64,000 nt of DNA from Patescibacteria group bacterium (GTDB taxonomy: Bacteria > Patescibacteriota > Patescibacteriia > UBA10025 > JAHIVO01), in contig JBAZKE010000002.1 in assembly GCA_041650915.1 (NCBI GenBank), positions 144,638-208,637 of the forward strand, given 5' to 3'. Positions 1-9,316 of the stretch are shown here, piece by piece. A program made the translations under genes and the position numbers. Every line of letters starts with the position of its first letter. The first letter of the stretch is position 1. The notes below the pieces were generated by a model that was given only the letters and a program-made list of their open reading frames with translations, made no database searches and was not told the DNA's origin.

Positions 1-31
1 CTTTTTGCCTCAGGCCGTCCGGCTGGCTCAC

Positions 32-59
32 TTGACTTTTCCACTATGTGCACTACAAT
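32..59 (+). promoter_or_regulatory. sigma70-like promoter
   Basis: TTGACT (32-37), 16 bp spacer, TACAAT (54-59); AGGAGG at 131-136 precedes ATG 142. Confidence 0.5.
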
Positions 60-141
60 AGTGTAAGCTTAAAAAAGTTTCACCGTTATTTGTACCAACA
101 AATAGCACACCTTAACAACCAATCCAACCAAGGAGGACCGC

Positions 142-411
142 ATGTCTGGAACCGAATGGTTCTTAAGCATTTCTCTGTTTCTTGCAAAGCACCTGCTGCT
201 GCAAACCAACCCGCTTACCATGATTATTGTCTTCTTATCGGCAATAATCTTGCTCATGATGCGGATTAAGAAGCCTCGACTGAGCTATACCGTGAAAACG
301 GTCGCGATTATCCTGCTCATCTGGGCTTCGGCCAATGGTGGCTGGTACCTTTGCTACAACGGCTGGGGCGTTGATGTCGTCAATTATGAACGGCTCGAAA
401 AAACCGAGTAG
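142..411 (+). CDS. small hypothetical membrane protein
   Basis: 89 aa, hydrophobic segments, strong SD AGGAGG 5 nt upstream. Confidence 0.6.
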   Translation: MSGTEWFLSISLFLAKHLLLQTNPLTMIIVFLSAIILLMMRIKKPRLSYTVKTVAIILLIWASANGGWYLCYNGWGVDVVNYERLEKTE

Positions 412-591
412 CTCCATGAATATGCTGGCAGCAGCACAATATCGCTCATTCCGGCAAAAAAGCCAACGATAAAAGTAGTTCCTTCGAACCCTTTCACTCA
501 TTAGGAGACGCTATCATGAGTGATCCGCGCAGTACAACCCCACAATACCCGGTACGACAATCCACCTGTGTCCCGGGTTTTTCTTTTTCTC

Positions 592-2409
592 CTACTCAGC
601 TGCACCAGATAACTCTTCGACGCCAACGAGGCATACCTCTTGCCACGGCTTATAATGGCTCCGGAAGGTTTCTACTTTCTGCTCGCCGGTTACGTACGTG
701 ATCGTACGGGTAAACTCCGCGTCCGCGCCGGTGTGCGCGCGTTCGGTACACTTCTTCTCTCCGGGTGCGAGATCGGTAGTCTCGACGAGCTTCGTATCGC
801 CGGGGCGCACGAGGTTAAAAATGCTGGGCTGCGTCTGCTCCACCGCCCTTCCGTCTGCCGTGCCATAGAATCGGAACGTGAGATCATTGCCGTCAATCTC
901 CGTGGTGAAGAGAACGTAGTGCTCCGTATCGTTGATGAACTTAAAATCCGGCTTGGGATCATATATGGTGGCATCGGTTCCTGCGGGTTCGTAGTACGAA
1001 ACGCGGTACGAGTGGTTTGTGCGCTCGGTAATCGGGAAACCAGCGTCGAGTGCGGCGCGGAAAGCCGTCGTGCCAATCTGGCATAAACCCCCGCCGTACT
1101 CAGGAACGGTCTTATTGCCCTTGATCACGAGCTCCGGGAGGTAGCCGGTCGATGCCTCAATCTTTCCGAGCGCTCCGACGAGCGAAAACTCTTTTCCAGG
1201 CTCGATCAGTATTCCATTCAAGGCGCCTGCGCCAACGGTGATATTGTGCCTCCTGTTCTTCGGGCTGCCGGAAAAATTCGATTGCCCCTCGCCGATGAGC
1301 TCCCGGATCCCGAAATTGTTGACATGCTCGGTCGTCACCACCGGCTCAGTCACCTCGACCATAAGATCAATATCGCCAATGCCTACCTGGCGAATCTTCT
1401 CATTGATGCGCGCGATCGAATCCTCAATCAGCAGCTCCCGGCCGTTCCGCGACGGCTGAAATTCGAGCACCTTGCCGTTTTCCATAGCAAACTTTGCCTC
1501 GCGGGTTTCAATATCAATCTCCGCTGCGATCGGCCCGAGAAAAGTTTCAAGCTCGTCTCGATCCAGCTCGACGGTGACAGCGCTGTCAGCATACGCAAAC
1601 TCGAGCCAGATGCGGACCTGCTCTTCGGTAATAGCCCACCGGTAATCCTCATAGGCAACAACAAACGGTGCGGCATCGAGCGTCTGCTGCACGAGATTCA
1701 TCGCAGATGCAGCCGCCGACTGGGTAATACGCGGAAAGTCCGGCTCGAGCTGAACCGTCACTGTCCTATTGGCGAGCGAACCGAGATTTGCAACGGCTGA
1801 CTGCACGATTGCCTCGTAGTCGAACGCCTGCCCGCCCTGCTCGGGGGTTATTGAAATGTGATCCCCCTCTTCGATGACGAGCGACGCATCCACTGCCGGC
1901 TGCTCATACTTCGCGAGCTCGTGCCGCAGCGTCTCGGCGAGCCGGTCCGTATCAACATCAACCACGGGTGGAACCGCCCATCCCGCCACCGAGTAGTACA
2001 CCTTCTCAGCTTCATTCCAGCCCGCTTGTATTCCCGCGATCTGCTCAATTGTCGCATCGACATCGAATGAGAGGAGCCGGAACGACAGCTCGGGATTTGC
2101 CGTGTCTTCAACCGTCGAGGTGACCGGAAATTCCTCCCCACGGTAACTGAAAGTGATGCCCTCATCGATAATGGCATTCGTGACTTCCTCGAGCTGTTGG
2201 CGGGCGCTGCCGTACGTCATGCCGCCGAGGTCGAGGTACCCAACCTGCGTACCCGGGAAAAATTTCCCCTGGTACGACGCGCTGAAGAAGAAAACAAATG
2301 CAATCGCTGCCGTGCCGACAACGAGCAGGATAATAAAAATTCGCAATGCCAGCCGGTGCGGCGTCGCCTGCGGTACTCGCACATCTTTTTTTTGCCGTGG
2401 AGCTCCCAT
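592..2409 (-). CDS. VanW family protein with N-terminal TM, peptidoglycan-binding repeats and C-terminal G5-like region
   Basis: NRRHNI...LNG..I.PG.EFS, YGGGLCQIGTTAFRAA, ERTNHSY, GTDATIY, DFKFINDT motifs. Confidence 0.88.
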   Translation of the reverse strand: MGAPRQKKDVRVPQATPHRLALRIFIILLVVGTAAIAFVFFFSASYQGKFFPGTQVGYLDLGGMTYGSARQQLEEVTNAIIDEGITFSYRGEEFPVTSTVEDTANPELSFRLLSFDVDATIEQIAGIQAGWNEAEKVYYSVAGWAVPPVVDVDTDRLAETLRHELAKYEQPAVDASLVIEEGDHISITPEQGGQAFDYEAIVQSAVANLGSLANRTVTVQLEPDFPRITQSAAASAMNLVQQTLDAAPFVVAYEDYRWAITEEQVRIWLEFAYADSAVTVELDRDELETFLGPIAAEIDIETREAKFAMENGKVLEFQPSRNGRELLIEDSIARINEKIRQVGIGDIDLMVEVTEPVVTTEHVNNFGIRELIGEGQSNFSGSPKNRRHNITVGAGALNGILIEPGKEFSLVGALGKIEASTGYLPELVIKGNKTVPEYGGGLCQIGTTAFRAALDAGFPITERTNHSYRVSYYEPAGTDATIYDPKPDFKFINDTEHYVLFTTEIDGNDLTFRFYGTADGRAVEQTQPSIFNLVRPGDTKLVETTDLAPGEKKCTERAHTGADAEFTRTITYVTGEQKVETFRSHYKPWQEVCLVGVEELSGAAE

Positions 2410-2422
2410 TGCTGATGGTACG

Positions 2423-2803
2423 CTAGAGTAAGGTAATGATTAACGTCGGGAAGACCACGAGGCAGAAAATGAAAAACAGGGTCAGCTCGAGGCGCCGTTC
2501 GTCGCGATCAATCTCCTTCGGGTACGGCTTAAGCGAATCGTACATGTACTTGCCGATTGCAAAAACGAGAAAGACAACCGCACCGAAAAAGAGGTACATA
2601 GCGGAAACGATTATCGCATTGACCGTGCCTGCTGACAACGAAAATCCGGGTGTCGAAACAAAAAGCATCACAAAAAAGAGCGGCAAAACCATGAGGGTAA
2701 AAAAGGGCCAGTGCCCGATTGTAATCTCATGCTGAGGCACCGCCGCCCGCTTTTTTGCAGGCGGTTTTTTTTTCCGCTCCGGTAATGTACGCTCCGTTCG
2801 CAT
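2423..2803 (-). CDS. hypothetical membrane protein (3 TM)
   Basis: 126 aa ORF with hydrophobic helices, tightly packed between co-oriented genes. Confidence 0.65.
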   Translation of the reverse strand: MRTERTLPERKKKPPAKKRAAVPQHEITIGHWPFFTLMVLPLFFVMLFVSTPGFSLSAGTVNAIIVSAMYLFFGAVVFLVFAIGKYMYDSLKPYPKEIDRDERRLELTLFFIFCLVVFPTLIITLL

Positions 2804-2804
2804 A

Positions 2805-3038
2805 CTATCCCCTCAATAAGTTATTGAGTACCTCTTTTGCGAGTTCCTTCCGTGCTGCCTCTTCGGTCTCATCGGTCGTTACGGCAATCCTGACTTTACT
2901 GCCGTCCCGAATGCCGTCTGGCAATCTCTTGATCGGCCACCGCACGACCTCCTTTCCCGGAAACGTGATAATCGCGTCGGTACCATCAAAACCGGTAACT
3001 ACGACTTCAAGGTAGCTACTACGTTCTTGGATCCCCAT
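2805..3038 (-). CDS. DUF3006-like small protein
   Basis: VVTGFDGTDAII...WPIKRLPDGIRDG...LLNNLL-like pattern. Confidence 0.6.
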   Translation of the reverse strand: MGIQERSSYLEVVVTGFDGTDAIITFPGKEVVRWPIKRLPDGIRDGSKVRIAVTTDETEEAARKELAKEVLNNLLRG

Positions 3039-3042
3039 ACTG

Positions 3043-3522
3043 CTACTCCTCCTTTACCTTGACGACGGTCACCTTGCTGACCTTCTTGGCCTTCGGCAGC
3101 ACGACGGTGAGTATCCCGTTCTTCATTGATGCCTGGATGCTGTCGACCTTCACCTCACAGGGCAGGATGATCGACCTCGAAAAGCCGCCCCAATAGCACT
3201 CGCGGTAGAAATAATCGTCATCCGCCACCTCGTGCTCTTTCTCCCGCTTGCCACGGATCGTTATCATGTCATTATTTACGGAGAGGTCGATTGCCTCCGG
3301 CTTGACGCCGGCGATCGTCGACTTGATTACGATATTATCCTCGGTCTGGTATACGTCAACGGCGAGCTGCCCCGCATAATCCTCATCCTCGAGCCAGTCC
3401 TTGCCGTCAGCTCCAGCCGCTCCCTTCGGTGACGGCAACGAGCCATTCGCTTCCGACAGGCCGTTCGAAAATTTGTAATCGTACGTCTCGTCCGGTTCTT
3501 TACCTTTTGTATTTTTAGGCAT
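3043..3522 (-). CDS. Hsp20/alpha-crystallin small heat-shock protein
   Basis: VDVYQTEDNIVI, ECYWGGFSRSIILP, ASMKNGILTVVLPK; start moved to ATG 3522, which has GAGGAG upstream. Confidence 0.92.
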   Translation of the reverse strand: MPKNTKGKEPDETYDYKFSNGLSEANGSLPSPKGAAGADGKDWLEDEDYAGQLAVDVYQTEDNIVIKSTIAGVKPEAIDLSVNNDMITIRGKREKEHEVADDDYFYRECYWGGFSRSIILPCEVKVDSIQASMKNGILTVVLPKAKKVSKVTVVKVKEE

Positions 3523-3609
3523 AATACTCCTCTTATTCGTTATGGGTGTGTGCCCCAGTGCTCCTCTAGTATAGTATAAAGCGTTCCCCTCGGCAACGAC
3601 TGGAACATA

Positions 3610-3638
3610 TTGACAGAAACGCACACCTCAGGTACAAT
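3610..3638 (+). promoter_or_regulatory. tRNA promoter
   Basis: TTGACA (3610-3615), 17 bp, TACAAT (3633-3638). Confidence 0.75.
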
Positions 3639-3652
3639 TTCCAATCATTCAC

Positions 3653-3727
3653 GCCGCTGTCGTCTAGCCTGGCCTAGGACTCCACGCTTTCAATGTGGCA
3701 ACACGGGTTCGAATCCCGTCAGCGGTA
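3653..3727 (+). tRNA. tRNA-Glu(TTC)
   Basis: acceptor stem GCCGCTG/CAGCGGT, anticodon arm CCACG-CTTTCAA-TGTGG, T-arm GGGTTCGAATCCC; CCA not encoded. Confidence 0.93.
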
Positions 3728-3953
3728 TACAACCACGTTTCAAGAAACGATGCCGTGCGTACCATCGGTAGCGGATTTTATGGCAGCCAGGATTCGAACG
3801 GGCAGAAGCGAGCCTGCAGGGGAGCGCCGATGGATGCGAGCTGGCGAAGGATCCAGCGCTGCCCAGGACAAAAATTCAATCGGCGGCATTCTCATCGGGT
3901 GCGCATATCCTAACCGCATTTTTTTTTGCCGCCATACGGAGTATACTAGGTAC

Positions 3954-4601
3954 ATGCCAGATGATTTCCCATACTACTCAAAGAACGAGCGGGCCTTGCT
4001 GCGGGGCATCGCCTCATTCTCAAAAAAAGATCAGCGGCGCATCCAGGCTGCGATCCGAATTGCGAAACAGTACCACGCAGGCCAGGTGCGTGACGAAGCA
4101 GACACCGAAAATGCGGGGTATATCATACACTGCGTACGCGTAGCTCGCTGGCTCGCGGAGCACACCGCTCGTAATCCCGATGCGGTCATTGCCGGCTTGC
4201 TGCACGACAGCCTGGAGGATACACGCCTGACGGCAACGGACATTAAAAAAATATTCGGGCCAAAGGTGCTCAGCCTCGTACGTGCCGTCACGAGACCGCG
4301 TCCGTTCCGCGAAACGGAAGTTGAAAAAATTTTCAACAAGCCGAAGCAGCTAAAAGCGATCCTCAGGGCAAACCGCACCGTGCGCATGATTAAAACTGCG
4401 GACACCCTCGACAACATGCGCTCCTGGCCGTTCATTCCACGGAACCACCCGGTGCAGTACAAATTCCCCCGCTGGTTCAATGAAGCAAAAAAATTTTATA
4501 TCCCCATCGCGCTAACAGTCGATAAACAGGCTGCGGGCGAAATGGAAGGCATCCTCAACCGCAGCATGATCCCACGGCAAGATGAACATACTCGGTATTG
4601 A
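3954..4601 (+). CDS. HD-domain RelA/SpoT-type hydrolase (small alarmone hydrolase/Mesh1-like)
   Basis: HAGQVR, YIIHC..VA, AGLLHDSLEDT, IKTADTLDNMR; start at ATG 3954 because the longer ORF overlaps the tRNA. Confidence 0.8.
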   Translation: MPDDFPYYSKNERALLRGIASFSKKDQRRIQAAIRIAKQYHAGQVRDEADTENAGYIIHCVRVARWLAEHTARNPDAVIAGLLHDSLEDTRLTATDIKKIFGPKVLSLVRAVTRPRPFRETEVEKIFNKPKQLKAILRANRTVRMIKTADTLDNMRSWPFIPRNHPVQYKFPRWFNEAKKFYIPIALTVDKQAAGEMEGILNRSMIPRQDEHTRY

Positions 4602-5604
4602 ATCGTCGTGTGATGACACGGCGGTCAGCGTCGTTCACGCGACGCAACGCGAACGCGCAATCCTTTCGCACGTCATCGCATCGCAAATAGCGACACACCG
4701 TCGGTACGGTGGCGTCGTGCCCGAGGTTGCTGCGCGGAAGCACGTCATCAACATTATTCCAGCGGTGGACTACGCACTCAAACAGAGCGGAGTGGCACCG
4801 AAAAAAATCGATGCAATTGCCGTGACGGTCGGACCCGGGCTCGTTACCTCGCTCCGCATCGGCGTCCAGACCGCCAAAGCGCTAAGCCTTGCGTGGGGAA
4901 AAAAAATCATCTCCATTAACCACATGGAGGGCCACCTGTACGCAAACTGGCATGGAAGAAATACTATTCCGCTCCCCGCGCTCTGCCTCGTCGTATCAGG
5001 CGGCCACACGGATCTCATGCTCATCAAACGGCACGGGGCATACAGCCTCATCGGCAGGACGAGAGACGATGCGGCAGGTGAAGCATTCGACAAGGTCGCG
5101 AAGATGCTCAGGCTCAGCTACCCGGGCGGCCCGGAAATACAAAAACTGGGCAAACGGGGCGATCCTGCCGCATTCACCTTTCCGCGACCGATGCTTACGC
5201 ATAGCAGCTACGATTTCAGCTTTTCGGGCCTCAAGACGGCAGTGCTCTACATGGTACGACAAAATCCGCGGCTAGTAAAAACGAACTTACCGGATATCTG
5301 CGCGAGTTTCCAGCGGGCGGTTACCGACGTGCTCATAGCCAAAACAGTCCGCGCGGCACAGGCGCTCTCCGTACGGAGCGTACTGCTCGCTGGGGGGGTC
5401 GCGGCGAATGCTGAGCTGAGGCTGCGTCTCGGCTGCGCGGTCCGCGAAACGCTTGGCCCTCATGCCCTCTTCACTGCCCCGCCGCCCGAATACTGCACTG
5501 ATAATGCGAGCATGATCGCCATCGCCGGGTACTACCGCCGTTCCGGAGCACGGGCCACGCACTGGAAAACGCTCGAAGCAAACCCAAACTGGGAACTGGT
5601 ATAA
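4582..5604 (+). CDS. tsaD: tRNA N6-adenosine threonylcarbamoyltransferase
   Basis: ILGIESSCDDT, GGVVPEVAARKH, NHMEGH, VSGGHT, DDAAGEAFDK, CTDNASMIA. Confidence 0.97.
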   Translation: MNILGIESSCDDTAVSVVHATQRERAILSHVIASQIATHRRYGGVVPEVAARKHVINIIPAVDYALKQSGVAPKKIDAIAVTVGPGLVTSLRIGVQTAKALSLAWGKKIISINHMEGHLYANWHGRNTIPLPALCLVVSGGHTDLMLIKRHGAYSLIGRTRDDAAGEAFDKVAKMLRLSYPGGPEIQKLGKRGDPAAFTFPRPMLTHSSYDFSFSGLKTAVLYMVRQNPRLVKTNLPDICASFQRAVTDVLIAKTVRAAQALSVRSVLLAGGVAANAELRLRLGCAVRETLGPHALFTAPPPEYCTDNASMIAIAGYYRRSGARATHWKTLEANPNWELV

Positions 5605-5649
5605 AGAGTTGATTTTTGGTAAAATAGCTGCGTCATCAGCTATTTTCTT

Positions 5650-8199
5650 ATGACCACGGAGTTACATAAGGCATACCAACCGAAAGACATTGAATCCGGC
5701 ATCTACGCAAAATGGGAACGGTCCGGTTTTTTTAATCCGGACAAAATGCCGAGCCCCAGAAAAAAATCTTTCACCATATCCATGCCGCCGCCGAATGTCA
5801 CTGGAGAACTGCATCTGGGGCATGCGACCGGCCTGACCATCCAGGACATCATGACCCGCTACCACCGGATGAAAGGGGACCGGACGCTCTGCCTACCGGG
5901 AACCGACCACGCCGGCATCTCCACCCAAGTCATGGTGGAACGCCTTATTGCGTCTGAGGGAGTCAACCGGGACAGCCTCGGACGGGCTGAATTCCTGAAA
6001 CGCGTGTGGCAATGGAAAAAAAAATACGGATCAAGAATTACTACCCAAGTCCGCCAGCTCGGTATATCGTGCGATTGGTCGCGCGAACACTTCACCATGG
6101 ATCCGGCGCTTACTGCCGCAGTGCACAAAGCGTTCATCACGCTTTTCAACGAAGGGCTAATCTACCGCGGGTCGCGCATCGTGAATTGGTGCCCGCGCTG
6201 CGCAACGGCGCTGTCTGACCTAGAAGTCAAGCACGTTGAAACTTCGGGCAAGCTTTGGTTTATCCGCTACCCGCTGTCCGGTTCAACAAAATACATCGTC
6301 GTAGCTACGACCCGGCCGGAAACCATGCTCGGTGATACAGCCGTGGCTGTGAACCCAAAAGACAAACGCTATGCCCAGTATGTCGGAAAAAAAATCATCC
6401 TGCCGATCGTAAACCGGGAAATTCCGATCGTTGCTGATGCGCGCGTGGACATGGAATTCGGCACCGGCGCGGTGAAAGTCACGCCGGCCCACGATGCCGC
6501 CGACTATGCCATCGGACTGGACCACCGCCTGCCAGCCATCAACATCATTGGCCAGGACAATACAATGACGAAAGAAGCGGGTGAGTATTACGGCAAAAGC
6601 GTGCAGGATGCTCGCCACGATATTTTTATCCGGCTGGAGGATGAAGAGCTGGTCGAAAAAACCGTTGACTACATCCACCAGCAGGCGCGGTGCGACCGGT
6701 GCAGCACACCGATTGAGCCGCTCATTTCCAAGCAGTGGTTCCTGAAAATCGCGCCGTTGGCCAAACCGGCGATTTCGGCAGTCAAATCCGGAAAGATCAA
6801 TATTATACCCAAACGCTTTGAAAAGGTTTACTTCCATTGGATGAACAACATCCACGACTGGTGCATTTCCCGCCAGCTATGGTGGGGCCACCAGATACCG
6901 GTCTGGTACTGCCAGAAATGCCAGGAACCTGCTGCCAGCTCTGACAAGCCAAAAGCATGCAAAAAGTGCCGCGGCAAACAGTTTAAGCAGGAAGAAGACA
7001 CGCTCGACACCTGGTTTTCCTCCGGCTTGTGGACGTTCTCAACGCTCGGGTGGCCGAAAAAAACCAAGGATTTAAAACTGTTCCACCCGACGTCGGTCAT
7101 GGAAACCGGCTGGGACCTGCTCTTTTTCTGGGTTGCGCGCATGGTTATGCTGAGCCTGCATTTCACCCATAAGGTGCCATTCAAAACTATTTACCTGCAT
7201 GGCATGGTCCTGGACAAGCACGGGAAAAAAATGTCCAAATCAAAAGGAACCGGCATTGACCCGATCCTGATGACCGAAAAATACGGAACAGACGCCATCC
7301 GCCTTTCGCTCGTGCTCGGCACTGCTCCGGGTTTGGACTATCGGCTGTATGAAGAAAAAATCGCCGGGTACCGCAACTTTATCAATAAACTGTGGAATGT
7401 CGCGCGGTTTACCCTTTCCCAGCCCGCGCCGAAAACCAAAAAGCTTGAGGCAAAAACCCTGGCTGACACATGGATCATGGGCAGGCTGAACCAGCTGGTT
7501 GCAGACGTTACAAAAAATATTGATAATTTTAAATTTTCTGAAGCAGGCACCGCACTCTATGACTTCCTTTGGCATGATTTTGCCGACTGGTACCTGGAAA
7601 TTGCAAAGCATGAAAAAAATTACGGTGTGCTGCGTTCCGTTTTAACCACATGGCTCAAACTGGCCCACCCGTTTATCCCGTTTGTGACGGAAGAGATCTG
7701 GTCACGCCTTGCACATACCGGCAAAAATAACATGCTTATCGTCCAGGCCTGGCCGCACCCTGATAAAAAAACTTCCAACAATACCGCAAAAAAAGAATTT
7801 GCAATGTTGCAAGAATTTGTTACCGCCGCACGCAATATTCGTACTCAAAAAAAAGAACCCGCGAGCGATACAATAACTGCACATATTCAGGGAAAAGGAG
7901 AAAAACTCATTTTAAAAAATAAAAAGATTATCAGTCAACTTGCCAAAATCGACGTGACAACCAAGAATGGTTCTCAAATGACTCACTTTCACGCTGCGGG
8001 CGTAAACTGTTGGCTTGAGCTTTCCCGTGGCTCCGCAGTCGACCTTGAACGTCAAACTCGAGATATTTCTTCCTATATCCAAAGACTGGAGGAAAAACTT
8101 TCCAATAAAAATTTCACCGAACGGGCGCCGAAAGACGTGGTGGATAGGGAACGGCAGAAACTGGCTGAAGCACAGGAAAAGCTTAAAAAACTTTTGTAA
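5650..8199 (+). CDS. valS: valine--tRNA ligase
   Basis: PPPNVTGELHLGH, GTDHAGI, WCISRQLWWGH, DTWFSS, KMSKS, C-terminal coiled coil. Confidence 0.97.
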   Translation: MTTELHKAYQPKDIESGIYAKWERSGFFNPDKMPSPRKKSFTISMPPPNVTGELHLGHATGLTIQDIMTRYHRMKGDRTLCLPGTDHAGISTQVMVERLIASEGVNRDSLGRAEFLKRVWQWKKKYGSRITTQVRQLGISCDWSREHFTMDPALTAAVHKAFITLFNEGLIYRGSRIVNWCPRCATALSDLEVKHVETSGKLWFIRYPLSGSTKYIVVATTRPETMLGDTAVAVNPKDKRYAQYVGKKIILPIVNREIPIVADARVDMEFGTGAVKVTPAHDAADYAIGLDHRLPAINIIGQDNTMTKEAGEYYGKSVQDARHDIFIRLEDEELVEKTVDYIHQQARCDRCSTPIEPLISKQWFLKIAPLAKPAISAVKSGKINIIPKRFEKVYFHWMNNIHDWCISRQLWWGHQIPVWYCQKCQEPAASSDKPKACKKCRGKQFKQEEDTLDTWFSSGLWTFSTLGWPKKTKDLKLFHPTSVMETGWDLLFFWVARMVMLSLHFTHKVPFKTIYLHGMVLDKHGKKMSKSKGTGIDPILMTEKYGTDAIRLSLVLGTAPGLDYRLYEEKIAGYRNFINKLWNVARFTLSQPAPKTKKLEAKTLADTWIMGRLNQLVADVTKNIDNFKFSEAGTALYDFLWHDFADWYLEIAKHEKNYGVLRSVLTTWLKLAHPFIPFVTEEIWSRLAHTGKNNMLIVQAWPHPDKKTSNNTAKKEFAMLQEFVTAARNIRTQKKEPASDTITAHIQGKGEKLILKNKKIISQLAKIDVTTKNGSQMTHFHAAGVNCWLELSRGSAVDLERQTRDISSYIQRLEEKLSNKNFTERAPKDVVDRERQKLAEAQEKLKKLL

Positions 8200-8212
8200 A
8201 TCCTACTCAATA

Positions 8213-8248
8213 ACAAAAAACACCCTCGCCAACTAAGGATGTTTTTTG
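8213..8248. terminator. imperfect hairpin between convergent genes
   Basis: AAAAAACACCCT...AGGATGTTTTTT. Confidence 0.4.
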
Positions 8249-8255
8249 GATAAGC

Positions 8256-9113
8256 CTATTTTTTCAATTCAATGCAATCAAGGGTGGCCTGATACATATT
8301 GGCGCTCGTCTCCGTATTCCATTCCATGCTGACGGTATGCGTGCCTGCCGCGACAGAGAATAAAGCCTGTGTGGCCATAGTAGTATGGTTCGTATTGTCA
8401 CCACCGGCCGTTCTCTGTATGCGCACGGTCCGCTGAATCAAAGTGCCATCCAGCAGCATCTGTACCCAAATGAACTCGTTATCATTCATTGTATCGCCAT
8501 AACCACTCCACATGCAGAGCACGGTGCTTGCTCCTGTGGTGATTGACAGGGATTGCAGCGTATCAAATTCAGCCTCGGTTTTTATCGTATTAACGTCGGT
8601 TACCAAGCTGCTCTCCACTCCCTGCGTAACCGCATTGCTGTCAATATCTGCCGTAGTTACGGTGCTGTCGCTGATTTTGGCGCTGTTCACGGCACTATCA
8701 GCCATATCGCCGGTAGCGATTGTCCCATCGAGAATGTTCCCCGTACTCACAATGCCCGTTCCCGATAGTGATGTAGCTGCCAGCGCCCCGGTGGAAAGGG
8801 AATCTGTGGCCAGGGAACCGACCACCTCCATGTTATCATTGACAATCAGGGGCAGGGAATCGGCAGTGCCGGCGGTTGCGCCGCGGTAGATTCGGCCGTC
8901 AATTCTGACGTTGTCGCCGAAAGTGACAGGATTGTCGGCAGTGCCGGCGCCCGTCGTGTCATTTACGATTGTGCCATTGAAATACGTCACGCCTCCCGTG
9001 CCTTGCTTGCCTACGGTCAGGGAATCAAAAGCGCCGCTGGCGGCTTTCACCACACCGGCGGTCAATGCCATTGACGCGATAACTACCAACGCGATTATGA
9101 ACTTCCTTCTCAT
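8256..9113 (-). CDS. secreted/surface hypothetical protein with short repeats
   Basis: signal peptide MRRKFIIALVV...VKA, imperfect 10-aa repeats (IVSTGNILDG/TIATGDMADS/AVNSAKISDS/TVTTADIDSN), SD GAGGGGGTGA. Confidence 0.75.
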   Translation of the reverse strand: MRRKFIIALVVIASMALTAGVVKAASGAFDSLTVGKQGTGGVTYFNGTIVNDTTGAGTADNPVTFGDNVRIDGRIYRGATAGTADSLPLIVNDNMEVVGSLATDSLSTGALAATSLSGTGIVSTGNILDGTIATGDMADSAVNSAKISDSTVTTADIDSNAVTQGVESSLVTDVNTIKTEAEFDTLQSLSITTGASTVLCMWSGYGDTMNDNEFIWVQMLLDGTLIQRTVRIQRTAGGDNTNHTTMATQALFSVAAGTHTVSMEWNTETSANMYQATLDCIELKK

Positions 9114-9316
9114 AGTATCACCCCCTCTCATACTACGGATACGCGTATAGTATAAATCAATTGCCCCATTCCAGCAAAATGGCGATAAGAAAATCAATGA
9201 AAAAACAACTTGGGATAACTGCTCCCCGCCCGCTTTTTTTGCCCCGTGCCGGTCAACCAGCCAGTCTCGCGTTAACGTTTTAGCCGGAACTATCTACCGG
9301 CGAGCGCAAAAATTCT

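Noticed and set aside
3523-3624. 5' extension of the Hsp20 ORF
   Set aside because: Runs through the divergent promoter region; SD supports ATG 3522.
3693-3953. 5' extension of the HD ORF (302-aa call)
   Set aside because: Overlaps tRNA-Glu; the HD domain and a -10 box support ATG 3954.
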